A DNA stretch of 64,000 nt, taken from positions 9,732-73,731 of the forward strand of contig JBDRGY010000001.1 in NCBI GenBank assembly GCA_043817315.1. Reading direction: 5' to 3'. Below the pieces are notes generated by a model. The model saw nothing but the letters and a program-made list of their open reading frames with translations. It did not search any database and was not told the origin of the DNA. Below are positions 1 through 10,078 of the stretch, piece after piece (the first letter of the stretch is position 1; each line of letters opens with the position of its first letter). A program made the position numbers and the translations under genes. This DNA is from Patescibacteria group bacterium. Its GTDB lineage: Bacteria; Patescibacteriota; Patescibacteriia; JBDRGY01.

Positions 1-2
1 CC

Positions 3-209
3 ATTGCCAAAGCGGAAGAACACCACGAAGAAAGATACAAGAAACTGCTGAAAATTGTAGAAAATGGTACTGCCTTCAAGAAAGCTAAAGAAGTTTGGTG
101 GGTCTGTCGGGAATGCGGCTATGTTCATTTCGGAAACGAAGCTCCAAAGGTCTGTCCTTCCTGTGATCACGAGCAAGCTTTCTACATGCTTAAGTGCGAA
201 GAGTATTAG
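3..209 (+). CDS. rubrerythrin, C-terminal part (5' partial); ends with rubredoxin-like CxxC..CxxC domain
   Basis: Frame-3 translation gives ...EEHHEERYKKLLK...WVCRECGYVHFGNEAPKVCPSCDHEQAFY*. This is ferritin-like ExxH followed by a C-terminal rubredoxin fold, typical of rubrerythrin. Confidence 0.6.
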   Translation: MAKAEEHHEERYKKLLKIVENGTAFKKAKEVWWVCRECGYVHFGNEAPKVCPSCDHEQAFYMLKCEEY

Positions 210-263
210 TCTGAAGTTAGGAAGCCGATAAGTTATCAAGTTTAATATTAAATACCCAATTAC

Positions 264-782
264 ATGGTTAAATTATATCGCTGTGAAATCTGCGGTGATT
301 CTTATATTGGAGAAGAGCCACCCAGCCGCTGTCCTTTTTGCGGAGCTCATCAGAAGTATATTAAAGAGGTCAATGAGGCGAGAGTTAATTTTGAGGTGAA
401 TTTATCCGAAAAAGATAAGGCTAACGTTGAACACGCTTTACAGGTAGAAATCTCTAACGCCGCTTTTTACGATTGTGCTTCGAGTAAGACTGATGATGAC
501 GAGGGAAAATTACTGTTTAAAGCCTTAAAGAAAGTTGAGCTAGAACACGCTACTGTCTGGAAAAAGATTTTGAAACTTGATGCAATGCCAACTGGCAATG
601 ATCAGTGTCATGTTGCTAACAAAGAGAATCTGGAAGACTCACATACCAGAGAAACTAAAGCCATCGAATTTTACACTAAGGCGGCTGGCGAAGCTGATGA
701 TCAAAGGGTCAAACAGATTTTCCAAGCTTTCGTGGAAGTGGAAACTGATCATCTATATCTTTCTGAAGTTAGATTAAAATAA
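264..782 (+). CDS. reverse rubrerythrin-like protein (N-terminal rubredoxin-like CxxC..CxxC plus ferritin-like ELEH/ETDH motifs)
   Basis: ORF protein starts MVKLYRCEICGD...RCPFCGA and contains VELEHA and EVETDHL diiron-type motifs. Confidence 0.55.
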   Translation: MVKLYRCEICGDSYIGEEPPSRCPFCGAHQKYIKEVNEARVNFEVNLSEKDKANVEHALQVEISNAAFYDCASSKTDDDEGKLLFKALKKVELEHATVWKKILKLDAMPTGNDQCHVANKENLEDSHTRETKAIEFYTKAAGEADDQRVKQIFQAFVEVETDHLYLSEVRLK

Positions 783-795
783 GTAACCCAATTGT

Positions 796-1170
796 ATGAC
801 TGAACTTAAACAAGTATATAAATGCAGTGTTTGCGGTAATATCGTTGAGATGCTACATACTGGGGCCGGGGGATTGGTTTGTTGCGGACAACCGATGGAA
901 TTGCAGGTGGCTAATACTGTGGACGCTGCCCAGGAAAAGCACGTGCCGGTAATCGAAAAAACTGACAACGGCGTTAAAGTTAAAATTGGCTCCGAACCGC
1001 ATCCGATGACCGAAGAGCACCACATTGAATGGATTGAAGTAATTGTTGATGGTCATTCCTGCATGCAGTTTCTAGAACCAACCGGACAACCGGAAGCAGA
1101 ATTTTGTCTAACAGGAGAAAAAATAGAAACTAGAGCTTACTGCAATCTACACGGACTTTGGAAAGCTTGA
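796..1170 (+). CDS. dfx: desulfoferrodoxin / superoxide reductase (2Fe-SOR)
   Basis: N-terminal desulforedoxin motif CSVCGNIVE...CCGQPM, and a neelaredoxin-type domain with HVPV...HPM..EHHIEWIE. Size 124 aa is typical. Confidence 0.8.
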   Translation: MTELKQVYKCSVCGNIVEMLHTGAGGLVCCGQPMELQVANTVDAAQEKHVPVIEKTDNGVKVKIGSEPHPMTEEHHIEWIEVIVDGHSCMQFLEPTGQPEAEFCLTGEKIETRAYCNLHGLWKA

Positions 1171-1173
1171 AAA

Positions 1174-1662
1174 ATGGATCAAATAGAAGAAATTCAAACC
1201 GCCTCTTTCGCCGCCGGTTGTTTTTGGGGGATTGAACAAACTTTTCGAGATATACCGGGAGTAATTGAGACCAGCGTAGGTTACGCCAGCGGACAAATAA
1301 AAAACCCGACCTATAGCTTGGTTAGTACAGGGAAAACCGGTCATGCCGAAACGGTTCAGTTAAAATTCGATCCGGATCAAGTCAGTTATCAACAGCTTTT
1401 AGATAAATTCTGGAAGATCCATAACCCGACCAGTTTAAATGGACAGGGGCCGGATGTGGGCAGTCAGTACCGCTCGATTATCTTTTATCATAACGATCAG
1501 CAAAAAGAATTGGCCGAATCGACCAAGATACAGCTGGATAAGACAGGGCACTACGATAAGCCAATCGTTACCGAGATTGTCAAAGCAGGAGATTTTTACC
1601 GTGCCGAGGAGTATCATCAACAATACTACGAGAAAAAGGGAATAAAAGGCTGTAGCATTTAG
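1174..1662 (+). CDS. msrA: peptide methionine sulfoxide reductase A
   Basis: Contains the GCFWG active-site motif (AAGCFWGIEQTF) and is 162 aa. Confidence 0.85.
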   Translation: MDQIEEIQTASFAAGCFWGIEQTFRDIPGVIETSVGYASGQIKNPTYSLVSTGKTGHAETVQLKFDPDQVSYQQLLDKFWKIHNPTSLNGQGPDVGSQYRSIIFYHNDQQKELAESTKIQLDKTGHYDKPIVTEIVKAGDFYRAEEYHQQYYEKKGIKGCSI

Positions 1663-1674
1663 AAGAAATAAAAA

Positions 1675-1708
1675 AACTCCCAGTATATATACTCGGAGTT
1701 TTTTTATT
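1675..1708 (+). terminator. intrinsic terminator after msrA
   Basis: Hairpin actcc-cagtatatatactc-ggagt followed by a run of seven T. Confidence 0.6.
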
Positions 1709-1953
1709 GTTTATTTTACCTTTTTGCTTTGATTGCGAATGCAAGAAGTGCAAACCATGATTGATTTACCGTCTTTCTTAATTTTTTGTAAATTCAAATA
1801 TTGGCGCCGTTTAGTCGCTATGTTAGAATGACTCCTTTTATTTCCCTTGAGAGCTCCTCTTTGGCAGAGGGCACATACTTTAGCCATAAACGATAATGTG
1901 TTAAAATTACGAGGTACAAGTATTATAGCAAAAGAGATAAATTTGACAAGGGT

Positions 1954-2595
1954 ATGATAATAGAATTACTCTGGGAAAATCCACCATTATTTCTGGTCTG
2001 GGTGCTGGCCGTGGTATTTGCTATCACTATTCATGAATTCAGCCATGCCCTTTTTGGCTACCTTTTAGGTGATAAAACAGCCAAGGATATGGGCCGGTTG
2101 ACTCTCAATCCGTTAGCCCACTTGGATTTTTTTGGTTTCTTCTTACTGATGATTGCGGGATTTGGCTGGGGCAAACCAGTCCCTTTCAATCCTAATAACC
2201 TGAAGAATAAAAAATGGGGACCAGGAATAATTGCCTTTGCCGGTCCCTTGTCCAATTTGATATCAATTATTGTTTTTGGAATTGCCCTTAAATTGGTGGC
2301 CTCTTACTCTGGCTTGGCCATGGATAACTTATTGGTATTATTTCTGATTTACCTGATTCAGATTAATATGATATTGATGTTATTCAATCTTTTACCCATA
2401 CCTCCCCTGGATGGCTCTAAGGTGATGTTTTCCTTCTTGCCGCGAAGCGCCATCAACTTTAAGATTTTTCTGGAAAGATTCGGCCCCACCATTATTTTGA
2501 TGCTGATTTTGTTTGACAGGATGATTTTGGGATATGGCTTTTTTGGGACGGTATTTAGCGAAGTCTACTCCTTCATTTTAGACGTCATTTTTTAG
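1954..2595 (+). CDS. M50-family (site-2 protease-like) zinc metalloprotease, integral membrane
   Basis: HEFSH (HExxH) in the first TM region, and multiple hydrophobic segments. Confidence 0.6.
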   Translation: MIIELLWENPPLFLVWVLAVVFAITIHEFSHALFGYLLGDKTAKDMGRLTLNPLAHLDFFGFFLLMIAGFGWGKPVPFNPNNLKNKKWGPGIIAFAGPLSNLISIIVFGIALKLVASYSGLAMDNLLVLFLIYLIQINMILMLFNLLPIPPLDGSKVMFSFLPRSAINFKIFLERFGPTIILMLILFDRMILGYGFFGTVFSEVYSFILDVIF

Positions 2596-2708
2596 AATAA
2601 AGCCTCCTTTGGTCTGTCGGATCCGCAATCCGATTTTTTGATTGACACAATTATTAAATAGCAGTAAAGTGGGGGTGGATCTTTGAATATTCCTACAAGG
2701 AGGGGGTT

Positions 2709-2978
2709 ATGAAAAGCCAAGAACTTGAGGATCTGCATCGCCGGCTGCAGGAGCGGAAGAAGCAACTACAAGCTCCCGGTGCCAACCGTCAGCTGGTTGA
2801 ACAAGCGGAAAGAGTGGAAAGACTTTATGGTCAGCCCACGGTCCGCAGTCGTGGCTACCGCACCGAAGCCAGACAGGCCCGAATCCGGAGAGAAGCGCAA
2901 GTCGAGCTAATCAACGAAGCGCTGCGTGATCTGAGAAAAGGGGACCCCAGCAAGGCCCTGTCCATTTTGGGAGAATAA
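2709..2978 (+). CDS. small highly charged (R/E/Q-rich, likely coiled-coil) hypothetical protein; GC-rich relative to flanks
   Basis: Strong RBS aggagggggtt before the ATG. Own promoter TTGACA-16-TAAAGT at about 2643-2670. Followed by a terminator hairpin at 3005-3040. Codon composition is much more GC-rich than neighbouring genes. Confidence 0.5.
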   Translation: MKSQELEDLHRRLQERKKQLQAPGANRQLVEQAERVERLYGQPTVRSRGYRTEARQARIRREAQVELINEALRDLRKGDPSKALSILGE

Positions 2979-3004
2979 CGTTCCTTAATATGATCCAGCT
3001 ACGG

Positions 3005-3040
3005 GCGCCTCTTCCTGGCATTGAGGCGCTTTTCTTATTT
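3005..3040 (+). terminator. intrinsic terminator
   Basis: Hairpin ggcgcctcttcctggcattgaggcgc followed by ttttcttattt. Confidence 0.5.
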
Positions 3041-3043
3041 GCT

Positions 3044-3071
3044 TGACACCATATTTGCCCCGTGTTATGAT
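3044..3071 (+). promoter_or_regulatory. sigma70-like promoter of str operon (TTGACA-16-TATGAT)
   Basis: cttgacaccatatttgccccgtgttatgat, about 70 nt upstream of rpsL. Confidence 0.5.
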
Positions 3072-3141
3072 TTTGCTTGAAAAGATGAATCGCTTATCGT
3101 CTGCCAATAATCATCTTTTTTTGTTATAATAAATATCAACT

Positions 3142-3621
3142 ATGCCTACAATCAACCAATTAGTCAGAAAAGGGCGTAAAAAGATAAAGAAGAAGTCCAA
3201 AACTCCAGCCCTGGAGACAACCTTAAATGTGCTCAAAAGAAAGAAGACTAAGCTGAAAAAGGGCTGTGCTTTCAAGCGAGGGGTTTGTGTCAAGGTAACC
3301 ACGGTTACCCCCAAAAAGCCCAATTCAGCCCTGCGCAAGATTGCCAGAGTCCGGCTTTCTAATGGCATGGAAGTAACTGCTTACATTCCCGGTATCGGTC
3401 ATAATTTACAAGAACACTCCATAGTTTTGATACGAGGTGGCAGAGTTAAAGACCTGCCCGGCGTACGTTATCACGTGATTAGGGGTCGTTATGACACCCA
3501 GGGCGTAGATAACCGCAAGCAGAGCCGAAGTCTTTATGGAGTCAAAAAAGAAAAGGGGACTACCAAAGCTCCAACAGCTGCCAAGGCTCCCACTAAAGAA
3601 CCAACCAAAGAGGAGAAATAA
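3142..3621 (+). CDS. rpsL: 30S ribosomal protein S12, with internal insertion and ~35 aa K/T/P-rich C-terminal extension
   Basis: [14 protein letters not shown]...[22 protein letters not shown]...VRYHVIRG. Confidence 0.9.
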   Translation: MPTINQLVRKGRKKIKKKSKTPALETTLNVLKRKKTKLKKGCAFKRGVCVKVTTVTPKKPNSALRKIARVRLSNGMEVTAYIPGIGHNLQEHSIVLIRGGRVKDLPGVRYHVIRGRYDTQGVDNRKQSRSLYGVKKEKGTTKAPTAAKAPTKEPTKEEK

Positions 3622-4086
3622 ATGAGAGGCAAAAAATCACCCAAAAGAAAGATTCAAGAAGATTATAAATTTGGAAGCCCGCTAGTGGCAAAATTTATCA
3701 ATCAACTAATGAAGGGGGGCAAAAAATCCGTGGCCCAAAAAGTTCTGTATTCTGCCATGGAACAAATCAGTGCCAAGACCAAACAAGATCCGTTAGACGT
3801 ATTAGATAAGGCTCTCAAAAATATTTCTCCCCAACTGGAGGTCAAATCCAGAAGGATCGGAGGTGCCCATTATCAGATTCCGATTGAAGTAAGGGGTGAG
3901 AGACGGACTACTCTGGCTATGCGTTGGCTGATTGGCGCTGCCAAGAGTCGCCAGGGTAAGCCGATGGGAGAAAAACTAGCCTTAGAATTAATTGACGCTT
4001 CCAATAAACTAGGAGAGGCCCACAAGAAGATGGAAGACGTACAGAGGATGGCTGAAGCCAATAGAGCTTTTGCTCATTTTGCTTAA
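3622..4086 (+). CDS. rpsG: 30S ribosomal protein S7
   Basis: Position after rpsL, and S7-like sequence (...LEVKSRRIGGAHYQIPIEV...). Confidence 0.9.
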   Translation: MRGKKSPKRKIQEDYKFGSPLVAKFINQLMKGGKKSVAQKVLYSAMEQISAKTKQDPLDVLDKALKNISPQLEVKSRRIGGAHYQIPIEVRGERRTTLAMRWLIGAAKSRQGKPMGEKLALELIDASNKLGEAHKKMEDVQRMAEANRAFAHFA

Positions 4087-4097
4087 ATTGAAAGACT

Positions 4098-6179
4098 ATG
4101 TCCAGAGAGTATCCTTTAGATAAAATTAGAAACATCGGGATTATCGCTCACATTGACGCTGGTAAGACCACAGTCACCGAGCGTATTTTATATTACACCG
4201 GAAAAAAACATAAAGTAGGGGAAGTTCATGAAGGCGAGGCGGAAATGGACTGGATGGAGCAGGAGAAAGAAAGAGGTATTACCATTACTTCAGCTGCCAC
4301 CACAGCTTTTTGGCCGTCTACCGGTGATACCCATCGCATCAATATTATAGACACCCCGGGACATATCGATTTCACGGTAGAAGTACAAAGGTCCCTGAGA
4401 GTTTTGGACGGCGGCGTGGTTGTTTTTGACGGTGTAGCCGGCGTGGAACCTCAATCAGAGACGGTTTGGCACCAGGCTGAAAAATTCGACGTTCCCTTAA
4501 TGGGTTTTATCAATAAGATGGACAGAACCGGAGCCGATTTTTACGCTGACCTCGATGACATCAGAGATAGATTGAACCCCAATGCTCACCCCATTCAGTT
4601 GCCAATCGGTGCAGAAGCAAATTTTCTGGGGATTATCGACTTACTTCGCCAAAAAGCTATTTTATACAAAGACGAAATGGGCAAGGAAATTGAAGAAACA
4701 GATATACCCGATGACATGAAGGAGAAGGTAGAGAAATTTCGCCACGATTTAATAGAGGCTGTAGCAGAACAAGACGATGATCTATTGCATAAATATTTAG
4801 AGGGCGAAGAGATAAAAATCGAGGAAATCCAACGGGTTCTCAGAAAAGCCACAATCGATAATAAGATTATCCCAATTCTCTGCGGTTCGGCATTGAAAAA
4901 CAAGGGTATCCAGTCCCTGCTGGATGCGATCAACCAATATTTACCCTCTCCTCTTGATATCCCTCCAGTTACAGGAAATGATCCCAAAACCGATGAAGAA
5001 AAAACACGTAAAGCTGATGATTCAGAACCTTTTTCCGCTTTGGCCTTTAAGATTGCTAGTGATCCTTTCGTAGGAAAACTGGCCTTTTTCCGAGTGTATT
5101 CTGGTGTTCTGGAGTCAGGTACTTATGTATTAAATTCAGTAAGTGGCAAGAAAGAAAGAATTTCTCGAATTGTCCGCCTACATGCCAACCATCGTGAAGA
5201 AGTCAAAGAAGTTTACGCCGGGGAGATAGCGGCTGCTGTTGGCCTTAAAGAAACAACTACCGGAGATACCTTATGTGACGAGGATAATCCTATTATTCTG
5301 GAGAAGATTACTTTCCCAGAACCAGTAATTTCTGTGGCTATCGAACCCAAGACTAAGGCAGACCAGGAAAAGCTGGGTATTGCTTTAAATAAACTGGCCG
5401 AGGAAGATCCCACTTTTAGAGTAAGGGGTGACGAAGAGACTGGTCAGACAATTATTTCTGGTATGGGAGAGCTGCATCTAGAAGTACTGGTAGAGAGAAT
5501 GAAACGGGAATTTAATGTAGAAGCCAATATCGGCAATCCGCAAGTCGCCTACAAAGAAACTATTAAGCAATTGGGGGAAGCCGAAGGAAAATATATCAAG
5601 CAATCCGGAGGCCGTGGCCAATACGGGCATTGCTGGGTACGTGTCGAGCCCAAAGAAAGAGGGGAAGGTTTTGAATTTGTTGACTCTATCAGGGGCGGAG
5701 TGATCCCCCAAGAATATATAACCCCGATTGGAAAGGGAATCAAAGAAGCTATGGACAACGGAGTAATGGCAGGCTACCCGGTGATCGATCTGAAAGCGAC
5801 AGTTTATGACGGTTCCTATCATGATGTTGATTCATCGGAAGTGGCCTTCAAGATTGCCGGCTCAATGGCTCTGCGGGCTGCTGTCAAAAAAGCCGACCCT
5901 GCCATTTTAGAACCAATCATGAAAATTGAAACAGTTACCCCGGAAGAATTTATGGGTGATGTCATAGGAGACCTCAATTCCAAGAGAGCCACCATTAAAG
6001 AAATGCGCGATCGAGGCAATGTAAAATTAATTGATGCCGATGTACCTTTATCAGAAATGTTTGGCTACGCCACTACCTTGAGGTCAATTACCCAAGGGCG
6101 GGGATCATATAACATGGAATTTGGCAGTTATCAAGAAGTGCCCAAGAATATCGCTGAGAAACTAATGGGAGAAGAATAG
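4098..6179 (+). CDS. fusA: elongation factor G
   Basis: AHIDAGKTT and DTPGHIDF GTPase motifs, 693 aa, in the str operon. Confidence 0.95.
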   Translation: MSREYPLDKIRNIGIIAHIDAGKTTVTERILYYTGKKHKVGEVHEGEAEMDWMEQEKERGITITSAATTAFWPSTGDTHRINIIDTPGHIDFTVEVQRSLRVLDGGVVVFDGVAGVEPQSETVWHQAEKFDVPLMGFINKMDRTGADFYADLDDIRDRLNPNAHPIQLPIGAEANFLGIIDLLRQKAILYKDEMGKEIEETDIPDDMKEKVEKFRHDLIEAVAEQDDDLLHKYLEGEEIKIEEIQRVLRKATIDNKIIPILCGSALKNKGIQSLLDAINQYLPSPLDIPPVTGNDPKTDEEKTRKADDSEPFSALAFKIASDPFVGKLAFFRVYSGVLESGTYVLNSVSGKKERISRIVRLHANHREEVKEVYAGEIAAAVGLKETTTGDTLCDEDNPIILEKITFPEPVISVAIEPKTKADQEKLGIALNKLAEEDPTFRVRGDEETGQTIISGMGELHLEVLVERMKREFNVEANIGNPQVAYKETIKQLGEAEGKYIKQSGGRGQYGHCWVRVEPKERGEGFEFVDSIRGGVIPQEYITPIGKGIKEAMDNGVMAGYPVIDLKATVYDGSYHDVDSSEVAFKIAGSMALRAAVKKADPAILEPIMKIETVTPEEFMGDVIGDLNSKRATIKEMRDRGNVKLIDADVPLSEMFGYATTLRSITQGRGSYNMEFGSYQEVPKNIAEKLMGEE

Positions 6180-6752
6180 ATGAACGAAAAGAGTAGGTCA
6201 TCTTTACCATCAATAATTTTGATCCTGGTCTTGGCACTTGGCTTGGGTTATGTGATCTATACTAGCTCGCAAGCGTTACAAGATGAATTACCGGCCATGG
6301 CTAATCAACCGGCCCAGTTAGCTGTTGGAGGAGAAATTATAGACTTGGACAAAGAAGGGCTAGCCGATATATTAAATACCAACCAGGAGGTTACAGAAGA
6401 CTCGGAATATGTCGCCGACCAGTTCAGCGTTGTCTACCCGGGTGATTGGAAGCTGGCCCAAAGTAGTTCAGATGATTTTGAGATTTACGTTTTTAGCTCG
6501 GGCGATCAGGAAGTGACCCTAACCATAATGGACGCGGAAATGGAAGGAATTGTAGCTGACTCTGTGTCTGTTGATGAAGAGTCCACTGTCACTATTTCAG
6601 GTGTTGCCGCCCGCCAATTAAAAGGCGGTGATCTAAAAGACGGTTCGCAAATTTATTCAATACTGCTGATTAATGACGGTACTCTTTACAATTTTACAGC
6701 CCGAGACCTGACAGTTTTGAATCAAATAATCGATAATTTTACCTTAATGTAG
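6180..6752 (+). CDS. hypothetical membrane-anchored protein (N-terminal TM, acidic extracytoplasmic domain) inserted between fusA and tuf
   Basis: ATG overlaps the fusA stop (gaatagATG). Hydrophobic N-terminus SLPSIILILVLALGLGYVIY. Confidence 0.45.
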   Translation: MNEKSRSSLPSIILILVLALGLGYVIYTSSQALQDELPAMANQPAQLAVGGEIIDLDKEGLADILNTNQEVTEDSEYVADQFSVVYPGDWKLAQSSSDDFEIYVFSSGDQEVTLTIMDAEMEGIVADSVSVDEESTVTISGVAARQLKGGDLKDGSQIYSILLINDGTLYNFTARDLTVLNQIIDNFTLM

Positions 6753-6821
6753 CCAAAATATCCACAGATATGTTGAAAATCGAGTAATCATTAGGAATAG
6801 CTGGTTACTGAAAAAATCAAT

Positions 6822-6843
6822 ATTTGGCTAATATTAGCCAAAT
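6822..6843. promoter_or_regulatory. perfect 22-bp palindrome atttggctaat|attagccaaat upstream of tuf promoter
   Basis: Direct inspection. Lies about 30 nt upstream of TTGCCA-17-TATAAT (6873-6901). Confidence 0.5.
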
Positions 6844-6872
6844 ACATTAAAAGCTCTTAACAACTAAACCAC

Positions 6873-6901
6873 TTGCCAAGCCCAGAAACACCTGATATAA
6901 T
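6873..6901 (+). promoter_or_regulatory. tuf promoter TTGCCA-17-TATAAT
   Basis: acttgccaagcccagaaacacctgatataat. Confidence 0.5.
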
Positions 6902-6985
6902 CAGAATCACAATAGGTAACTGTGCTTTAAAATTCAATAGTATATAAATTTTTTTGGTTATTAAAATTCATAAGGGAGAATCATT

Positions 6986-8170
6986 ATGGCAGACAAATTT
7001 GAAAGAACAAAGCCCCATGTTAATGTGGGCACCATTGGTCACGTCGATCACGGAAAAACAACTTTGACAGCGGCCATTTTAAAGGTGCTTAAAAGCAAAG
7101 GCATGGTAGCTCAGGATAAATCTGTTGATGATATTGATAATGCACCTGAAGAAAAAGAAAGAGGCATTACAATCGCCACCGCCCACGTTGAGTATGAATC
7201 TGAAAAAAGACACTATGCTCACATTGACTGTCCCGGACATGCCGACTATATCAAAAACATGATTACCGGTGCCGCCCAAATGGACGGAGCCATACTTGTG
7301 GTTTCAGCTGCTGACGGTCCCATGCCCCAAACCAGGGAGCATATTCTGTTAGCCCGCCAGGTTGGGGTACCCGCTATTGTCGTTTATCTTAATAAAATCG
7401 ACCAGGTTGATGATAAAGAATTAATTGATTTGGTTGAAGTAGAAGTTAGAGATCTTCTGAAAAAGTATGAATTTCCCGGAGACGAAATTACAATCATCAA
7501 AGGTTCAGCTCTAAAGGCTCTAGAGGGTGATGAAGAAGAAGAAAAGAAAATTTTAGAGTTGATAAAGGCTTTAGACGAGAATATCCCGGAACCAAAACGC
7601 GATGTTGATTTGCCTTTTTTGATGCCGGTTGAAGATATCTTTACCATCGAGGGTAGAGGTACTGTAGTTACCGGTAGGATCGAAAGAGGTATCGTCAAGC
7701 TAAACGATGAAATTGAAATTGTCGGCATTAATGACACCCAGAAAACTATTGTTACCGGAATTGAAATGTTTAACAAGCAACTTGATGAAGGAAGGGCTGG
7801 TGATAATGCAGGTATCCTGTTACGTGGTACCAAGAAAGATGAAGTAGAAAGAGGACAGGTTTTAGCTAAACCCGGTTCAATCACTCCTCATTCTGAGTTC
7901 GATGCAGAAATCCTCATCTTGACCAAGGAAGAGGGTGGAAGACATACTCCATTTTTCAAAGGGTATAAACCACAATTCTACATAAGGACCACGGACGTAA
8001 CCGGTGGAGTTACTTTACCAGAAGGAACTGAAATGGTGATGCCTGGTGATACAGTTTCTCTGAAAGTAAAATTGATTGCACCGGTCGCCCTGGAAGAAAA
8101 ACAGAAATTCGCTATTAGAGAAGGCGGACACACTGTGGGAGCTGGCGTTGTAACTAAAATTATCCAATAA
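6986..8170 (+). CDS. tuf: elongation factor Tu
   Basis: [10 protein letters not shown] and DCPGHADY motifs, 394 aa. Confidence 0.95.
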   Translation: MADKFERTKPHVNVGTIGHVDHGKTTLTAAILKVLKSKGMVAQDKSVDDIDNAPEEKERGITIATAHVEYESEKRHYAHIDCPGHADYIKNMITGAAQMDGAILVVSAADGPMPQTREHILLARQVGVPAIVVYLNKIDQVDDKELIDLVEVEVRDLLKKYEFPGDEITIIKGSALKALEGDEEEEKKILELIKALDENIPEPKRDVDLPFLMPVEDIFTIEGRGTVVTGRIERGIVKLNDEIEIVGINDTQKTIVTGIEMFNKQLDEGRAGDNAGILLRGTKKDEVERGQVLAKPGSITPHSEFDAEILILTKEEGGRHTPFFKGYKPQFYIRTTDVTGGVTLPEGTEMVMPGDTVSLKVKLIAPVALEEKQKFAIREGGHTVGAGVVTKIIQ

Positions 8171-8177
8171 CCGAAAA

Positions 8178-8210
8178 GGCCCTAAGTAATTAGGGCCAAT
8201 TTGGTAAAAT
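8178..8210 (+). terminator. probable terminator after tuf
   Basis: Hairpin ggccctaagtaattagggcc followed by an A/T-rich tail. Confidence 0.45.
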
Positions 8211-8247
8211 AAGTAGTTTAAAAATTCAAACATAAGATTGATCTTTT

Positions 8248-8610
8248 ATGCCCAACCAGGAAAAGAAAGCAGATCCGAAAAAAGCTGAACAAGGCGAAGA
8301 GGAAATTAAGCCGCGTATTCGAATTAAGATTCGAGCCTATGATCATAAGATTATTGATCAGTCGTGCCAGACAATCATCGATACTGCCGAGCGAACTGGA
8401 GCGGAGATATCAGGCCCTGTTCCTTTGCCAACCGAAAAAAGTAAATATACTTTGATTCGTTCTCCTTTTGTGCATAAAGATTCTCGCGAGCAGTACGAAA
8501 TGAGGATTCACAAGCGCCTGATTGATATCGTGGAACCTTCCGCTAAAACCGTGGATGAATTGAGCAATCTGAATTTACCGGCCGGCGTCGACATAGAAAT
8601 AAAAATGTAG
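8248..8610 (+). CDS. rpsJ: 30S ribosomal protein S10 (N-terminal ~18 aa extension)
   Basis: [16 protein letters not shown]...[15 protein letters not shown]. Confidence 0.9.
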   Translation: MPNQEKKADPKKAEQGEEEIKPRIRIKIRAYDHKIIDQSCQTIIDTAERTGAEISGPVPLPTEKSKYTLIRSPFVHKDSREQYEMRIHKRLIDIVEPSAKTVDELSNLNLPAGVDIEIKM

Positions 8611-8697
8611 ATTGAAAAACTTAAATAGCGAATTAGTTCAGGAGATGATAATACCAAAAACGCAGTGTTAATCTCCCGATAACGATTTGCCAAAGAA

Positions 8698-8738
8698 CCG
8701 AGATTTTTGGTATTTTTGCAGATCGTCTCGGTTTTTAT
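8698..8738 (+). promoter_or_regulatory. hairpin + T5 (terminator/attenuator-like) in rpsJ-rplC spacer
   Basis: ccgagatttttggtatttttgcagatcgtctcgg followed by ttttt, inside a 142-nt intergenic region. Confidence 0.4.
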
Positions 8739-8752
8739 TATATATGTACAGT

Positions 8753-9433
8753 ATGGATTTCATCTTAGGAAAAAAATTGAATATGTCTACTTCTTTCACC
8801 GAGGATGGTGAAGCATTGCCAGTTACTCTGGTTGAGGCTGGTCCCTGCATGGTAACTCAAATAAAGAGTCAGGATAAAGAAGGGTATCAAGCTGTGCAAA
8901 TTGGTTATGGTACCAAAAAGAAGCTGAACAAACCTCTAAAGGGGCATCTAAAGGACTTGGGCGACTGGCGCTTTTTAAGGGAGTTTCGAGTAGACAAGAC
9001 AGAGGACTTTAAAAAAGGACAAAAGATTGAAATAGGTCAATTTAAACCCGGAGACTTGCTGCGAATTACCGGAATTGCCAAAGGAAAAGGTTTTCAGGGA
9101 GTAGTTAAAAGATACGGCTTTAAGGGATCACCGGCTACCCACGGACACAAAGATCAATTACGAATGCCGGGCTCCATAGGGGCCACTGGTCCCCAAAAAG
9201 TTTTTAAAGGAACCAGGCTGCCGGGACGGATGGGAGGACATCAGGCCACTATTAAAAATTTAGAAGTATTGGAAGTTGATCCGGAAAAAAGCATAATGAC
9301 TATTAAAGGAGCCATTCCTGGATCCCGAAACGGCTTGTTGCTAATGCTAAAGACCGGAGCCAGGCCCCAAAAAGCTAAACCAGAAAAAGAGGAAGTTAAA
9401 AAAGAAAAGAAAGATAAAGAAGTGAAAAAATAA
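8753..9433 (+). CDS. rplC: 50S ribosomal protein L3 (K/E-rich C-terminal tail)
   Basis: The start is taken at MDFILGKKLNMSTSFTEDGEALPVT, an internal Met of the longer track ORF, because the upstream part lacks similarity. Confidence 0.8.
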   Translation: MDFILGKKLNMSTSFTEDGEALPVTLVEAGPCMVTQIKSQDKEGYQAVQIGYGTKKKLNKPLKGHLKDLGDWRFLREFRVDKTEDFKKGQKIEIGQFKPGDLLRITGIAKGKGFQGVVKRYGFKGSPATHGHKDQLRMPGSIGATGPQKVFKGTRLPGRMGGHQATIKNLEVLEVDPEKSIMTIKGAIPGSRNGLLLMLKTGARPQKAKPEKEEVKKEKKDKEVKK

Positions 9434-9434
9434 G

Positions 9435-10076
9435 ATGCCTAAAGATTTATCAGTTAAAATATATTCAGCGGATGGCAAGTCAACCGAGACCGTAAAACTT
9501 GACCCCAAAATCTTTAAGGTTGCTATCAAAGAACCCTTGGTTCACCAAGTAGCCGTAGCTCAATTGGCTAACGCTCGTCATCCCTTGGCCCATGCCAAAA
9601 TAAGATCCGAAGTTCGTGGTGGAGGAAGAAAGCCTTGGCGCCAGAAGGGTACAGGCCGAGCCAGACACGGTTCTATTAGGTCACCAATTTGGCGTGGCGG
9701 TGGCGTCACTTTCGGACCGACAAAAAATCGTAATTTTTCTAAAAGAGTAAATAAAGCTGCCAGACAGAAAGCAATTCGCATGGTTTTGACCGACAGACTG
9801 TCCAGCAAGGCAATAATAGTCTTGGATAACCTCAAGTTGGCTGATTACAAAACAAAAGATTTACTAAAGATACTCAACAAATTGCCGTCAAAGCAGAAAA
9901 GCAACTTAATAATCCTGCCAAAAAGCGACCAGAAAGTATATCGCTCGGCCAGTAATTTAAAAAAGGTGGAAACAATCTTGGCTGACAGTCTCAATGTAGT
10001 CAGCTTGCTCAAATACGACTATTTGATAATTATCAAAGACAGTTTAAAAAAGATATCTCAAACTTTTGCCAAATAA
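9435..10076 (+). CDS. rplD: 50S ribosomal protein L4
   Basis: Position and sequence ([25 protein letters not shown]). Confidence 0.9.
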   Translation: MPKDLSVKIYSADGKSTETVKLDPKIFKVAIKEPLVHQVAVAQLANARHPLAHAKIRSEVRGGGRKPWRQKGTGRARHGSIRSPIWRGGGVTFGPTKNRNFSKRVNKAARQKAIRMVLTDRLSSKAIIVLDNLKLADYKTKDLLKILNKLPSKQKSNLIILPKSDQKVYRSASNLKKVETILADSLNVVSLLKYDYLIIIKDSLKKISQTFAK

Positions 10077-10078
10077 AT

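Noticed and set aside
577-1056. Alternate-frame and antisense ORFs (577..777 +, 774..1025 -, 853..1056 -) overlapping the rubrerythrin and dfx genes.
   Set aside because: They lie fully inside better-supported motif-bearing genes and have no independent signals. They are typical spurious ORFs.
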